From the IMG/VR virus record IMGVR_UViG_3300022177_000075, positions 1 through 27,658 of that record: 27,658 bases of DNA; one strand, written 5' to 3'. The DNA is from a virus (taxonomy: Duplodnaviria > Caudoviricetes). The notes below the pieces were generated by a model, which made no database searches, was not told where the DNA came from, and saw nothing but the letters and a program-made list of their open reading frames with translations. Shown one piece after another: positions 1 to 9,663 of this stretch; the first letter of the stretch is position 1; each line of letters opens with the position of its first letter. A program made the translations under genes and the position numbers.

Positions 1-1007
1 AAGGTTGCCTCCAGATTCATGCCTACTTTGTTGGTTGCCTCGTCGTACTCCATTGCTGCAATCCGGATAATCCCGCGCCAGCCGCGCACATCGCCGGGCA
101 GCCTGGCATTGGCCACATGCAAAATACCCGTGTTCCCCAGGGCGATATTGGCGAACGTTTCACCCACGTCCAGCGCATTGGCGCGAATTTTCAAGAACGG
201 CTGCCGGCAATTCTCCAGTTCCACCTGGCAGCTCTGCAAGAGTGTGGTGTCCACCGTCACACCCGCAAATTGCACCACCTTGCTGCGCAGCCGGTAGTGA
301 TTGATCGATTCTTCGTCGATCACCGGCCCGGCCTGCAGGCGGCTGGCTTTGCTGCTCTGGCTGCCGATCCCGATGATGCTGTTCCAGATATCTCCATCCA
401 CGGTCAATTGTGTGATTTCGATATTCGCCTCGTCGCCGGTGCTCTGGAACAGGAAGTTGGTATCCACGCCCAGCCGGCGTTTGAAATCGAAAAACAGCAC
501 CAGGTGGTTGTTCAAATCGCGCGCCGGGCGAATTTGCATTTCCATCCCGGTCGCCGTGGCCAGCTCCTGCAGCTGCACCCAGATGGTACGCTGGTCAATC
601 TCATAATCACGGTCCACCTCGTCCAGGTCGACTTCCCCGGGGCGAATGAGCAAGTCTTCCTGGGCGTTGGCCATTTCCAACAGTTGCAGGGCAATCTGCC
701 CCGGCGAGCCGTGCAGCGTCATGGGTTCTTCCGGTGTGCGTTGCGCCAGCAGATATTCAGCCGGGTACAGCGTCACGCCCACCGGCAGCAGTGCATCCCA
801 GGGCGGGTCAATCATCCCCGCCCATGCCGGCAGCCGGGCATGTTCAACCAACACCATCCGGCCGAAATCCAGCCAGTCTGCCAGGTCGCTCTCTGCCAGC
901 GTGATCCTGGCTTCCCCGCCGTCATTGATCGCCCAGCCGCGCGTGCAGCTGGCGTGTACTTCGCCGGCGGATACGCCGTTCAAGTGATAACCAATAATTC
1001 GGCTCAT
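1..1007 (-). CDS. Minor tail/baseplate hub protein, runs off window edge (not in ORF track)
   Basis: ATG at 1007 overlaps the TGA of the Dit gene (ATGA); reads MSRIIGYHLNGVSAGEVHASCTRGWAIND... and the same frame reads ...AAMEYDEATNKVGMNLEAT at the window edge; position after Dit. Confidence 0.75.
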   Translation of the reverse strand, partial: MSRIIGYHLNGVSAGEVHASCTRGWAINDGGEARITLAESDLADWLDFGRMVLVEHARLPAWAGMIDPPWDALLPVGVTLYPAEYLLAQRTPEEPMTLHGSPGQIALQLLEMANAQEDLLIRPGEVDLDEVDRDYEIDQRTIWVQLQELATATGMEMQIRPARDLNNHLVLFFDFKRRLGVDTNFLFQSTGDEANIEITQLTVDGDIWNSIIGIGSQSSKASRLQAGPVIDEESINHYRLRSKVVQFAGVTVDTTLLQSCQVELENCRQPFLKIRANALDVGETFANIALGNTGILHVANARLPGDVRGWRGIIRIAAMEYDEATNKVGMNLEAT

Positions 1008-2926
1008 CGCATCCTCGGATACCAGCTCAAGGCTATGTTCAGTGTGCCCATTTCTTCAGCTGTGATTTGCAGCGTGTTCGCGCCCCGTTTCAGGCTCAGC
1101 CACACCTCGCGGCTCTCGTCATCCAGCAGCAGGGCATTGTGAGCCGGCGTGCTGCCGTAGTGAGCGCGGTAATTCTCACCATCGATGGTGAAAGATTGGT
1201 TTAACCGCATGGGGTATGACACAATCAGGCTTTCGCCCGTGGTCAAGTTGGTGATGGTCAATGCCAGTGGGTAGTTATCGTTCTGCCCCAACAAACTTCC
1301 GGAAGGCAGTTTGGCGCTGGTGAACACCACCTCGGCCGTCAAAACCTCCAAGTATGCCGCAGCATCAGCCAGGGCTGTCAGGCTGCCCGTGATCACAAAA
1401 CGCACGAAGCGTGGGGTGAGGGTGGTGGCTTTCTCTGCCTGATTGACCGGCGTCCAGGTGTTCAGATTGATGGGAGTCTGCTCGTTCCAGACCGAGACCC
1501 ACTTCTTTCCATCGGCGCTCTTTTGCAACCCGGCGGTACTCATCCAGCGCACGGTATTGCGCATCTTTTGCGCTATGGCGCTCACCTCATCGAAGCCGCC
1601 CGCACTGCCCAGCAACCAGGCGACCGTCGCGCTCTCGTTCTGCCAGCGCCCGATTTTTTGCCAGCAGCGCATGGCCATGCCCAGCGCCGGGTCGCCCGTC
1701 TCGGCGTCCTTGCTGATCTGGTATGCCTCCGATAACTTGCCCGTGGTGGTCAGCACCGGCGTCCAGCTCCCCGGTCGGTTGGGGTTAGACGGATCATAGA
1801 AGCCGCTGTCTGCGTTGTACACCCACTTGCCATTGTCAGACAGCGACAGGTCGAACATCGGCTTTTCCAGGTCATAATCATCATCACCGATTGCCGGGTC
1901 TGTGGCGGCGCTGTTGCCCATCAGCACGTGGATCACATTCTGGATGTATTGGAAGGTGTCTCCCGCGCTGTGCGCCTGTGGGATGGTTCCCAGGGCTCCG
2001 CGGCTGGAAATGATGTTCACGCGGCCGCGCTTGGCGTCTGTTCCGCTGTATTGCAGCCATTCGCTGCCGTGATACAGGATCCCGCTGGCCGGTAGCGCCT
2101 TCAAAACGCTCTGGGTGTTTTTATCCACCACGAAGGATAATTCGCCGATGTCGCCGCTGCTGGCCACTGCAGTTTTAAGCTTCAGGCTGTATCCAGGGTT
2201 GATGTCTGTCACAAACCACACCCTGGTGTGATCGGTGTTCGCGTCCGCAATCCACCGCGGCACCTGCTGCCCTCCGATGGCAATCCGCAGGTCAAAACAA
2301 TCTGCGCGTAGCTTTCCGGCTGCCACCAGCGCCGCGGTGTCCAGAATGATGCACCAGGCGCGGCGTCCATAATTGATTCCCGGCACGTTCACCAGCTGGT
2401 ACAGATCCTGATACAACCAGCCGTTCACCGGGCTGTTGGTGGGGGTAATCTCCAGGCACAGGCGCGTGTTGCTGTGACCGCCCACGTTCACCGTTTTGGT
2501 TTGACCGCTGGCGGTTACCGTCCAGCTGTCCGTTTCCGGAGAAACGCTGCGCCACATGCTGTTGCCGCAATCCAGCAGCACCGTGAAACGCACCGGATCG
2601 CTCTGATCCTGGGTCAGTTCAGCCACCTGGCATTGAATCTGATAATCTTCACCGGCGAACGATTCCACCAGCAGTCCTTCCTTGCCGGGTGCCAGGGCTT
2701 CCTGGAAGGTCTGAATTAATGCAAAGCGATTCTCGTAGTTTCGCAACCGCACGTCCAGGGCGATGGTGCGCACTTCCAGCGTGTGTGTCCCGGCGCTTTT
2801 TGGATAGCCGCCCGGGATGCTCACAAAACTGTTGTTGCTGCTGGCCAGGTTGTGCATGCCCACCACTCTGCAGCGGTAGTTTGCATCGTTTAAACTGAAA
2901 CCATCAAAAGAGACGACCTGGTACAT
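1004..2926 (-). CDS. Distal tail protein (Dit), evolved form with large central insertion
   Basis: Follows TMP with TAATG overlap and AGGAG RBS (start 2926 preferred over 2932); Dit-like termini (RTIALDVRL; WLSLKRGANTLQI...WYPR); ~640 aa versus ~250-300 for a minimal Dit. Confidence 0.7.
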   Translation of the reverse strand: MYQVVSFDGFSLNDANYRCRVVGMHNLASSNNSFVSIPGGYPKSAGTHTLEVRTIALDVRLRNYENRFALIQTFQEALAPGKEGLLVESFAGEDYQIQCQVAELTQDQSDPVRFTVLLDCGNSMWRSVSPETDSWTVTASGQTKTVNVGGHSNTRLCLEITPTNSPVNGWLYQDLYQLVNVPGINYGRRAWCIILDTAALVAAGKLRADCFDLRIAIGGQQVPRWIADANTDHTRVWFVTDINPGYSLKLKTAVASSGDIGELSFVVDKNTQSVLKALPASGILYHGSEWLQYSGTDAKRGRVNIISSRGALGTIPQAHSAGDTFQYIQNVIHVLMGNSAATDPAIGDDDYDLEKPMFDLSLSDNGKWVYNADSGFYDPSNPNRPGSWTPVLTTTGKLSEAYQISKDAETGDPALGMAMRCWQKIGRWQNESATVAWLLGSAGGFDEVSAIAQKMRNTVRWMSTAGLQKSADGKKWVSVWNEQTPINLNTWTPVNQAEKATTLTPRFVRFVITGSLTALADAAAYLEVLTAEVVFTSAKLPSGSLLGQNDNYPLALTITNLTTGESLIVSYPMRLNQSFTIDGENYRAHYGSTPAHNALLLDDESREVWLSLKRGANTLQITAEEMGTLNIALSWYPRMR

Positions 2927-4995
2927 TACCATCTCCTCGTTTTCATTGACTGGCCAATGCGGCTGCCGGTCTGCCCGCCGATGTTCACCTTGTCGTAAAA
3001 GGTGTAATACTCATTCAGCGCGCCGTAACCCGCCGCCCCGCCAGCCAGCGCCAGTGTGCGAAAACTGCCGTTGACCTGGTTGGTCATGGCAGAGGCGCTT
3101 TGTTGAATACCCTTTAGAAAACCTTCCACGGTTGAAGCACCGATGGGAATCATGACTTTTGAGGGCGAGTTGATATTCAATGCTTTTTTGACGCCGTCCA
3201 CAATCCCCGTGAAGAACTTCTTCACATCCGCGGCAAATTTCTCTTTCATGCTTTGAATGCCCGACCACACCCCGTTGACCATCTGCTTGCCAATATCTTT
3301 GAACTCCCAGGCATGACTTTTGAATGCCTGGATGACGGCGGTAACAATCTGTGGAATGGCTGCAATCAGCACCGGGATGGCGCTGATCAAGCCCTGTTCC
3401 AGTCCGATGATCAACTGCAATCCGGCGTCGATCAGCAAGGGCAGGTTGGCTAGCAGGGTTTGTACGATCAGCAGGATGGCCTGTACGATTGCCGGCATCA
3501 GTTGCGGCAAAGCCTGGCTGATTCCGTTGGCCAGCGCCACCACCATTGTCAGCGCGGCTTGCACCAGCATGGGCAAATTTGCCACAATGGCATTGATCAG
3601 CGTCAACAGTAGTGGTACCGCAGCCTGCATCAACTGGGGAGCTGCCACAATCAGAAAATCCACCAGGGTGGTGATGATTTGCATGGCTGAGTCAATCAAA
3701 ACCGGTAAATTTTGTGTCAAAGCACCGATCAGGCCCTGCATAATGCCCAGTCCGGCTTTCATCAGCGCAGGCGCCTGTTTGGATAATTCCTTGACCATCT
3801 CGCCTGCCAGTTGCGAGATACCTTCCCCCATCTTGCCAAAATCGCCGTTGGATTCCTTTACAATGCCGGCGAAACGTTTTAAATACCCGCCGCCCACACT
3901 GGCGACCTTGCTCAATGCCGGCAGGAACATGCTGCCAATCTGCATGCCGGTGCCTTTCAAACCACTTTTCAGCATGTCCAACTGGTCTTTGAAATCAGCG
4001 GCTGCATTGACGTCGTCTTCAGACAATACAGCGCCCACGTCGTGCGCTTCCTCACTCAGCCGCCTGAATTCATCCGCGCTGGTGCTGATCAGCGGATTGA
4101 GCTCCATCGCCGAGCGTCCGAAAATTTCCATCGCGGCAGCATCGCGTTCTGTATCGTTGGACATATTTCGTAACGCTTCCAGCACGTCGTAGAAGACGTC
4201 TTCGCTGTCTCGCAGGCTGCCGTCTGCGTTTTTGACTGAAACGCCCAGGGCATTGAAGGCATCTGGAGTATTCTTCATGCTGCGCACCATCTTGGCCAAC
4301 GCCCCGCTCATGGTGTTCAGGTCGGTGCCAACCTGGTCGCCAATGTATGCCAGTTCCTGTAAACGCTCCACGCCGATCGAGGTTTTCTGGCTCATTTCCA
4401 CGATCTGCTCGCCGGTGGCTGCGGTGTCGACCGCCAGTTTGCCAATCCCAGCGCCAAGAGCTCCCACTGCGGTGGCTGCGCCAATCAGCCCCACCATCGT
4501 GGCTTTGCCGATTAAAGCCCCAGCCGTGGCGATGGTCTTCGCGCCGTTTCCAAAGGCTATGGCTGCCTGTCCTACGCTCCCTTTTAGCCGTTCCCAGGCC
4601 AGCTTGGTGCCGTTGACCTCGCCTTCATTCTTGTTGAGCGCCTGGTTGGTCTGGTTGAGTTCGCCCTGCATTTTGTTCAAGCCGGCCTTGGCTGTGGCCA
4701 GCTGATCAGCCAATTTCTGTGTGGCTTTGGCGTCCGCACCTTTTTCAGCCACACTTTTACGATAAGCCTCTTCAAGAATGCGTACTTTTTCCGATTGGCT
4801 CTTGATTTGATCGGTCAGGTATTTTTGCTTTGCCTTCAGTTCATCCTGGGCGCTGCCAAACGCCCTGGCTGCCGAAGAGGCCACTTTAAACTCATTGACG
4901 TTCTCCTGCATCTTGCGTTTGACTTGATCCATGCTTTGCTTGAAGCCGGTTGCATCAAGGGTTATTTTTGATTTCAGTTCGCCAACATCGCCCAC
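2926..4995 (-). CDS. Tape measure protein (689 aa)
   Basis: Coiled-coil N-terminus, Ala/Gly-rich, AAMEIFGRS and SPSKV motifs, ~11-aa periodic hydrophobic repeats; follows the chaperone genes. Confidence 0.95.
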   Translation of the reverse strand: MGDVGELKSKITLDATGFKQSMDQVKRKMQENVNEFKVASSAARAFGSAQDELKAKQKYLTDQIKSQSEKVRILEEAYRKSVAEKGADAKATQKLADQLATAKAGLNKMQGELNQTNQALNKNEGEVNGTKLAWERLKGSVGQAAIAFGNGAKTIATAGALIGKATMVGLIGAATAVGALGAGIGKLAVDTAATGEQIVEMSQKTSIGVERLQELAYIGDQVGTDLNTMSGALAKMVRSMKNTPDAFNALGVSVKNADGSLRDSEDVFYDVLEALRNMSNDTERDAAAMEIFGRSAMELNPLISTSADEFRRLSEEAHDVGAVLSEDDVNAAADFKDQLDMLKSGLKGTGMQIGSMFLPALSKVASVGGGYLKRFAGIVKESNGDFGKMGEGISQLAGEMVKELSKQAPALMKAGLGIMQGLIGALTQNLPVLIDSAMQIITTLVDFLIVAAPQLMQAAVPLLLTLINAIVANLPMLVQAALTMVVALANGISQALPQLMPAIVQAILLIVQTLLANLPLLIDAGLQLIIGLEQGLISAIPVLIAAIPQIVTAVIQAFKSHAWEFKDIGKQMVNGVWSGIQSMKEKFAADVKKFFTGIVDGVKKALNINSPSKVMIPIGASTVEGFLKGIQQSASAMTNQVNGSFRTLALAGGAAGYGALNEYYTFYDKVNIGGQTGSRIGQSMKTRRW

Positions 4996-4997
4996 GA

Positions 4998-5150
4998 TTA
5001 CCTTCTCTTTCTACGTAAGGCCGCCATGCACAGCGCGTTGAATTTGCGCGGCGTACAGCGCCAGAACTCTGCCTCGCTCATGCCCAGGTCTAAACGAGCT
5101 GTCAAAATCAGGGACGCCCAGTCCAGCTCATCCGGGTCGTCCCAGCTCAT
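4998..5150 (-). CDS. Tail assembly chaperone second ORF (gpT-like, 50 aa), -1 frame relative to upstream ORF
   Basis: MSWDDPDELDWASLILTARLDLGMSEAEFWRCTPRKFNALCMAALRRKRR; LGMS..EFW..TP motif; fills the gap before TMP. Confidence 0.8.
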   Translation of the reverse strand: MSWDDPDELDWASLILTARLDLGMSEAEFWRCTPRKFNALCMAALRRKRR

Positions 5151-5488
5151 TCCCCCGCGGGTGCATTCCCGGTGGTAGATTGATTAACTGCATTCATGAT
5201 CCCATCAAGAATTTTCGCCATATTTCCCGGACTTAAGAGTTGCCCGACATCCTGTAAAGTCAATTCAGGCATATCCTGGTGCAAACCAACCCACAAAAAG
5301 AAACGGATTGTGGTGGCCGGTTTCCCTTTCAAATCCTGGGCTGAAGTCAGAGCATCCATTGCGGCTTCCATCGAGCCATATTGTTCTTCCATATCCGCCC
5401 AGGCGTTGAAGTCATACCGCATGGTGTAAGTCTTACCGTCCAGTTCAATGGTCGGGGTTTTCTCTCGTACATCGGCTACTTTAGGCAT
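5147..5488 (-). CDS. Tail assembly chaperone (gpG-like)
   Basis: Between MTP and TMP; GGAGG RBS; ends GCG GGG GAA TGA (GGGGGAA slippery site). Confidence 0.85.
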   Translation of the reverse strand: MPKVADVREKTPTIELDGKTYTMRYDFNAWADMEEQYGSMEAAMDALTSAQDLKGKPATTIRFFLWVGLHQDMPELTLQDVGQLLSPGNMAKILDGIMNAVNQSTTGNAPAGE

Positions 5489-5510
5489 GCTTCCTCCAAT
5501 AATGATTGAT

Positions 5511-5534
5511 TGGGCAGGGTGTCATCCCTGCCCA
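5511..5534 (-). terminator. Stem-loop after major tail gene (no U-tract)
   Basis: TGGGCAGGG-6 nt-CCCTGCCCA, 9-bp inverted repeat. Confidence 0.5.
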
Positions 5535-5555
5535 TAAATTCCGTTTGATGGTTGA

Positions 5556-6137
5556 TTACGCCGACAAGAAACTGTTCAGCTTGGTTGCGGTAAACCATTC
5601 TGCCGCGGTGATGCTGATGTCGTGTGTATCCACGATTTTCTTGATTTTGCCGGTCTTTGGTTCCGGCAAAGCCGTGCCTTTCAGCTTGGCAGACTGGAAC
5701 TGCGGCGAATCGGTGGATGTGGCATAGTCCTTGGCGTCTTCCACGAATTCCACCCACAGCAGCCAGTGGAAGCGGCTCCCGCCGCCTTTAAGCGATTCTT
5801 CCCAACCAAAAGCCACAGCCGGTGAGACATCCGTCTGGCTTTCGGTCAGTTCTTTGGTTGTCGCGTCGAAATCCATGCCCAACAAAGCAGCTTTATCCGC
5901 TGCACTCAAAGCAGCCTGCTCGATGGTGACTTCGCGCGGACCCTTGCTTGCGGCAGTGAAAGCCGGCGCATTATCCGCATACATTTTTTCCTGATTGTTA
6001 CTTGGCGAATCGTTGATGCTCACGCCGTTGGAAATTCGCACCGGTGTGCCGTAAGTCAGCGTGTTTGCTTCGGCATCATACGTGATGGGCGCATAATAAA
6101 AATTGGTTAAACCTACGCCCGGGTAAGCTTTTCCCAT
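5556..6137 (-). CDS. Major tail protein, phi13-like family
   Basis: GLTNFYYAPI...YGTPVRI, YADN and PAVAFGW motifs; synteny. Confidence 0.9.
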   Translation of the reverse strand: MGKAYPGVGLTNFYYAPITYDAEANTLTYGTPVRISNGVSINDSPSNNQEKMYADNAPAFTAASKGPREVTIEQAALSAADKAALLGMDFDATTKELTESQTDVSPAVAFGWEESLKGGGSRFHWLLWVEFVEDAKDYATSTDSPQFQSAKLKGTALPEPKTGKIKKIVDTHDISITAAEWFTATKLNSFLSA

Positions 6138-6140
6138 TGT

Positions 6141-6539
6141 TTACTCCTCTTCTTCCTCATCGGAATAAAATTCAAATGTTTGTGTCTTGTTGACAATCCT
6201 GTGTTCGGCAATCAGGGTGTCGCCTCCACTGCCGATCAGCCTGCCGCCAATGGCTTTCATGGCGTCTGGGATGGCATTGCACAGCGTGATGAAGTCCTCC
6301 ACCTGGTTGGTGGGCGTCGTGAAGGAAATTTCATACGTCTGACGGCTCCAGATGGTGAAGTTATCCGCTGCCCGGTTGCTGGCGTTGTCCACCTCGCGAA
6401 CCACAATGCGGGGAAAGACCTCTTCATTGGGCGACATCCACAGGAAAATTTGCAACCCCAGCGTTGCATGGTTCACGATTCCTGCGATGGTGCTGTCTGC
6501 TTTCAGTTTGGCCAAAATTGCCAGTCGTTTATCCGCCAA
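6141..6539 (-). CDS. Tail completion/terminator protein
   Basis: Size and position between the HK97 gp10-like gene and MTP; LKADSTIAGIV and FPRIVV motifs. Confidence 0.7.
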   Translation of the reverse strand: MADKRLAILAKLKADSTIAGIVNHATLGLQIFLWMSPNEEVFPRIVVREVDNASNRAADNFTIWSRQTYEISFTTPTNQVEDFITLCNAIPDAMKAIGGRLIGSGGDTLIAEHRIVNKTQTFEFYSDEEEEE

Positions 6540-6978
6540 GTCCCAACTCCTCTCTCAAAGTGCGTTCCATTTCGGCCATTGCTTCGCTTTCCGATTGCTG
6601 CAGTCCAAATTCCATGAACGGATTTGCCCGAAAACCAACACGGCTGTAGAACCGGCCAAATTCGCTGAACTTCATGTAGAAATATGGATCATTGGCTCCC
6701 GTTTCCCAGCCGACCGTGGCGCTGGCTTCAAACTCGGTCACCCGTGGCGTGCTGCGCTTCACATTTTCGGCGGCGTGTTTGCCGGTGCGCCAGCTCTGCC
6801 GGCCGCTGGGACCGCGCGTCTGTTTTGACCGCGGGGCAACCTTCCCGATTCCAGCCGCCACTACACCGCTGCCGGCTTCCAGGGTGCGCTTCAAGGCCTG
6901 CTTGCGCACCTTTTCATCCAGCTTGTCCGCCGCCTGGATAAACTCATCTAGATTCGGCGCTTCCAACTCAACGCTCAT
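6529..6978 (-). CDS. HK97 gp10-family tail component
   Basis: YMKFSEFG...ANPFM motif; ATG at 6978 coupled to upstream TGA. Confidence 0.8.
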   Translation of the reverse strand: MSVELEAPNLDEFIQAADKLDEKVRKQALKRTLEAGSGVVAAGIGKVAPRSKQTRGPSGRQSWRTGKHAAENVKRSTPRVTEFEASATVGWETGANDPYFYMKFSEFGRFYSRVGFRANPFMEFGLQQSESEAMAEMERTLREELGLGG

Positions 6979-7316
6979 TCCTTCACCCACTCCACACAGT
7001 ACACCTCGCGCAGACCGCGCTCGATGGCCAGCGGCACATTGCTCTGGATATTCCAGGTTTTACCGTTCCACACAATGCGGTAACCGGTGGGTGTGATTGC
7101 TCTGGCGGTTGTCGTGTCGCGGATCCAGAACTTGGCCTGCCCGATGTCGGTATAGGCTCCGGCCTCCATCAGCTTGGTGCCGCGCATTTCTTCGGCTTGC
7201 GCCCACAGCGTGGCATACAGGGTCGTCCAGACTTCAATGGTCACATCGCCCACACTTGAGAGCGTGCGCGCATAAACCTGGATACGGTCCCTCATCCTGC
7301 CGGGGTTGTAAGCCAT
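6975..7316 (-). CDS. Head closure protein (SPP1 gp16-like)
   Basis: NPGRMRDRI, WA, RIVWNGKTWNI motifs; TGATG coupling at 7316. Confidence 0.85.
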   Translation of the reverse strand: MAYNPGRMRDRIQVYARTLSSVGDVTIEVWTTLYATLWAQAEEMRGTKLMEAGAYTDIGQAKFWIRDTTTARAITPTGYRIVWNGKTWNIQSNVPLAIERGLREVYCVEWVKE

Positions 7317-7864
7317 CAGAACCACACCGTCCGTTCAGATCTGAAACGCAGTTGTAAATGCATGGGCACCTCGCCGCTCAGCCGTTCCTCAAACCAGAAA
7401 GCCGCCAGCTGCATAATGTCGTTGCGCACCCGTTCGGGCACGTCGCTGGCTGCATCGCCATATCCGGCTGTAAACCGCACCCGCACCGCGCCCGACTCCA
7501 ACAGCATTGCGCCGGGCAGGGTCTTAAACAGGATCACACCTGGGTCGCTGGCAGTATCCACCTGGTAATCCGTCCAGGTGTGCTCCACGCCGTCGCGGTC
7601 TATGTATTTCACCGAAATCACGTCCTGCAGCGGGGGGCGCAGCACCTGCATGCGGTAATCCTCCGGGAAGCAATCCACCACCTGTTCCAACGTCTGGGTG
7701 ATGCAAGCCCGCCGGGCAATTCGCTCCCATTCCTCACGCGCAGCCTGGATCAGCGAGGCAATCAGGGGGTCATCCTGTTCACCGTCCACGCGCAAAAAAG
7801 CGCGCACCGTTTCCACAGAAACGGGCTCAACAGCCGGTGCAGTGATCACGCGGATGGTCGGCAT
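7316..7864 (-). CDS. Head-tail connector (phiE125 gp8/gp6-like)
   Basis: PAVEPVS...FLRVD...AARE...ITQT; AVRVRFTAGYG...VP; WFEER. Confidence 0.9.
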   Translation of the reverse strand: MPTIRVITAPAVEPVSVETVRAFLRVDGEQDDPLIASLIQAAREEWERIARRACITQTLEQVVDCFPEDYRMQVLRPPLQDVISVKYIDRDGVEHTWTDYQVDTASDPGVILFKTLPGAMLLESGAVRVRFTAGYGDAASDVPERVRNDIMQLAAFWFEERLSGEVPMHLQLRFRSERTVWF

Positions 7865-7869
7865 GGGCG

Positions 7870-8073
7870 TTATTTCTCAGGTGCGTCTTCTGCCGTGGCC
7901 GCGTCAGCTTTGTCCACGGCTTTTTCCGGCTTTTCTTTGCTGGCGGCAGCCGGTTTTTCTTTGCGCGCCACTTCTTTCCAGCCCAGCGCTGCATGCGCCT
8001 CAACAGTTAATGGGTTCACAGCGATTGCCTCGCCGTCTTTTTCCATCCATACCAGGTTACTGTTACTTGCCAT
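7870..8073 (-). CDS. Small hypothetical head-associated protein (67 aa)
   Basis: GAGGTG RBS; K/A/E-rich tail; typical position after the capsid gene. Confidence 0.7.
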   Translation of the reverse strand: MASNSNLVWMEKDGEAIAVNPLTVEAHAALGWKEVARKEKPAAASKEKPEKAVDKADAATAEDAPEK

Positions 8074-8105
8074 TTTTCACCTCGTTATATCAATCGTTCA
8101 TGTTG

Positions 8106-8130
8106 GGGCACGGGTAAATTGCCCGTGCCC
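8106..8130 (-). terminator. Stem-loop after major capsid gene (no U-tract)
   Basis: GGGCACGGG-7 nt-CCCGTGCCC. Confidence 0.5.
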
Positions 8131-8138
8131 TTAATTTC

Positions 8139-9266
8139 TTATCCAAGCAGGATGGCGATATGCTCGCTTTTGACGGCTTTCACGCCCCACGCCAGACCCA
8201 CCTCGTACGCCACGCGGCGGCGCTGGCGATACATGGCAATCTGGAAGGAGATACCGCTCAACGGGTCAGTTACCACCATCACATCATCGGCAGCATCACC
8301 GCCCTGGGGCATCAAGGGCACGCGCGCCAGCAAATGAATGGCGCTGCGGGCAAATGCCAGGTTCGCCGCATAGCTGTCGCCGATGGTCAGCGTACCGCCG
8401 TCTGCCACTGCCGCACGCAAACCGGGCTTATTGAGGGTGATGGTGCCAGCAGCTGCTACACCGGTTTTCACCACATATTTATTGGTGTTAGTGCCGAAGG
8501 TGACCACATCGCCGGATAGCACCGTGCCACTGCCGGTTTTCAGCACCACATCGGTGATTCCCGCCGCGTGTGCGCCGTCCGCCACATAGCTGCCACCGCC
8601 ACCCTTGGTGTGGCTCTTGATCTGCGCCGATTCGCGGATCTTGAAGCCGTGGATGTCGAGCAAAATGCCCTGGCGCAGCAGCGCGTCATTTCCGGCTTCA
8701 TTGGCTTTGGTCAACTGCGCCAATGTGCGCAGTGCCGCGCCAGCCGTGCTGTTAATCACCATCTGCAAATCGCCCATAGGCGCGCCGTTGTCCGCCAGAA
8801 TTTTGCGTAAATTCGCCGGGTCAATCAACGAACTGGCAAACGGAGTGGTTCCGGCGGCGCCGTAAGCCCGCGAGGCGTAGGTATACAATCCCGCCAGGTC
8901 GGCTTCCACTTCATTCACCAGCGTGCGCATCGCCTGTGCAAACTGATCGCGCAAAATCACGTCATACATGCTGCCCAGGCCTTTTTGCTCTTCGCCTGTC
9001 CAGTAGAATGTCACCCCGCGGCTTTTGCTGATGGTCATGGTGTCGCTGCCGGTCGTGGTGTCTGCAGGGTCGGGACCGGTGGCGGCAGCGGCAATGTCAG
9101 CCGCGCTGGAAGATGCAACCACCGGGTAACGGATCGTCTGATCCTTGGCTACCTGCTCGGCGCTGGCATCCAGGGTAACTGCCGGGATCATGCCCACCAG
9201 CTCCCGGCTTACGATATCCACCGCTTTGTAGATGGTGGCGATTAAATTGGTAAGAGTATTTGCCAT
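8139..9266 (-). CDS. Major capsid protein, P22 coat (gp5)-like family
   Basis: MANTLT...VSRELVG start, ANLAFARSAIHL..R.P, final WGVKAVKSEH; no delta domain; insertion-domain-like Gly/Thr-rich segment. Confidence 0.85.
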   Translation of the reverse strand: MANTLTNLIATIYKAVDIVSRELVGMIPAVTLDASAEQVAKDQTIRYPVVASSSAADIAAAATGPDPADTTTGSDTMTISKSRGVTFYWTGEEQKGLGSMYDVILRDQFAQAMRTLVNEVEADLAGLYTYASRAYGAAGTTPFASSLIDPANLRKILADNGAPMGDLQMVINSTAGAALRTLAQLTKANEAGNDALLRQGILLDIHGFKIRESAQIKSHTKGGGGSYVADGAHAAGITDVVLKTGSGTVLSGDVVTFGTNTNKYVVKTGVAAAGTITLNKPGLRAAVADGGTLTIGDSYAANLAFARSAIHLLARVPLMPQGGDAADDVMVVTDPLSGISFQIAMYRQRRRVAYEVGLAWGVKAVKSEHIAILLG

Positions 9267-9303
9267 AATTGATGTCCTCGTTTCCTTGGGGATTCTTCAC
9301 CGA

Positions 9304-9663
9304 TTACTCGGCGATTTTCCCGCCCTTTTTGGCGTAATCCATGCGCTCCTGGGCGCTCATGGCTTCAAACGCGGCGCGGGTTATCTCAGCCTTGCTGCCG
9401 TCCGGTTTTTCAGCTTCGCTGCGCTCAGACAGGCTTTGCTCGGCTTCCGTCAGGCGTGCGCGCTCATCCTGAATGCGCGTGATCTGAACATCCAGGGCAG
9501 CTACCTTGCCCTTGTTTTCGCCTTCGCCCAGGATTTCGGCAAACTCGGCGCGTTCGGCGTCAGTCAGATCGCGCTGTTCCTGGTCGGCCAGGCTCACGAT
9601 TTCGCGCGCCCGGGCGATCAATTCAGCCCGTTGTTTCTTCAATTCGCGTAAATTTTCGGTCAT
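9304..9663 (-). CDS. Nested in-frame scaffold protein (119 aa)
   Basis: Internal AAGGAG RBS 8 nt before in-frame ATG (MTENLRELKKQRAEL...). Confidence 0.65.
   Translation of the reverse strand: MTENLRELKKQRAELIARAREIVSLADQEQRDLTDAERAEFAEILGEGENKGKVAALDVQITRIQDERARLTEAEQSLSERSEAEKPDGSKAEITRAAFEAMSAQERMDYAKKGGKIAE

Noticed and set aside
117-1142. 341-aa plus-strand ORF and the many other plus-strand ORFs
   Set aside because: Antisense shadows of GC-rich minus-strand phage genes; no RBS or recognisable motifs
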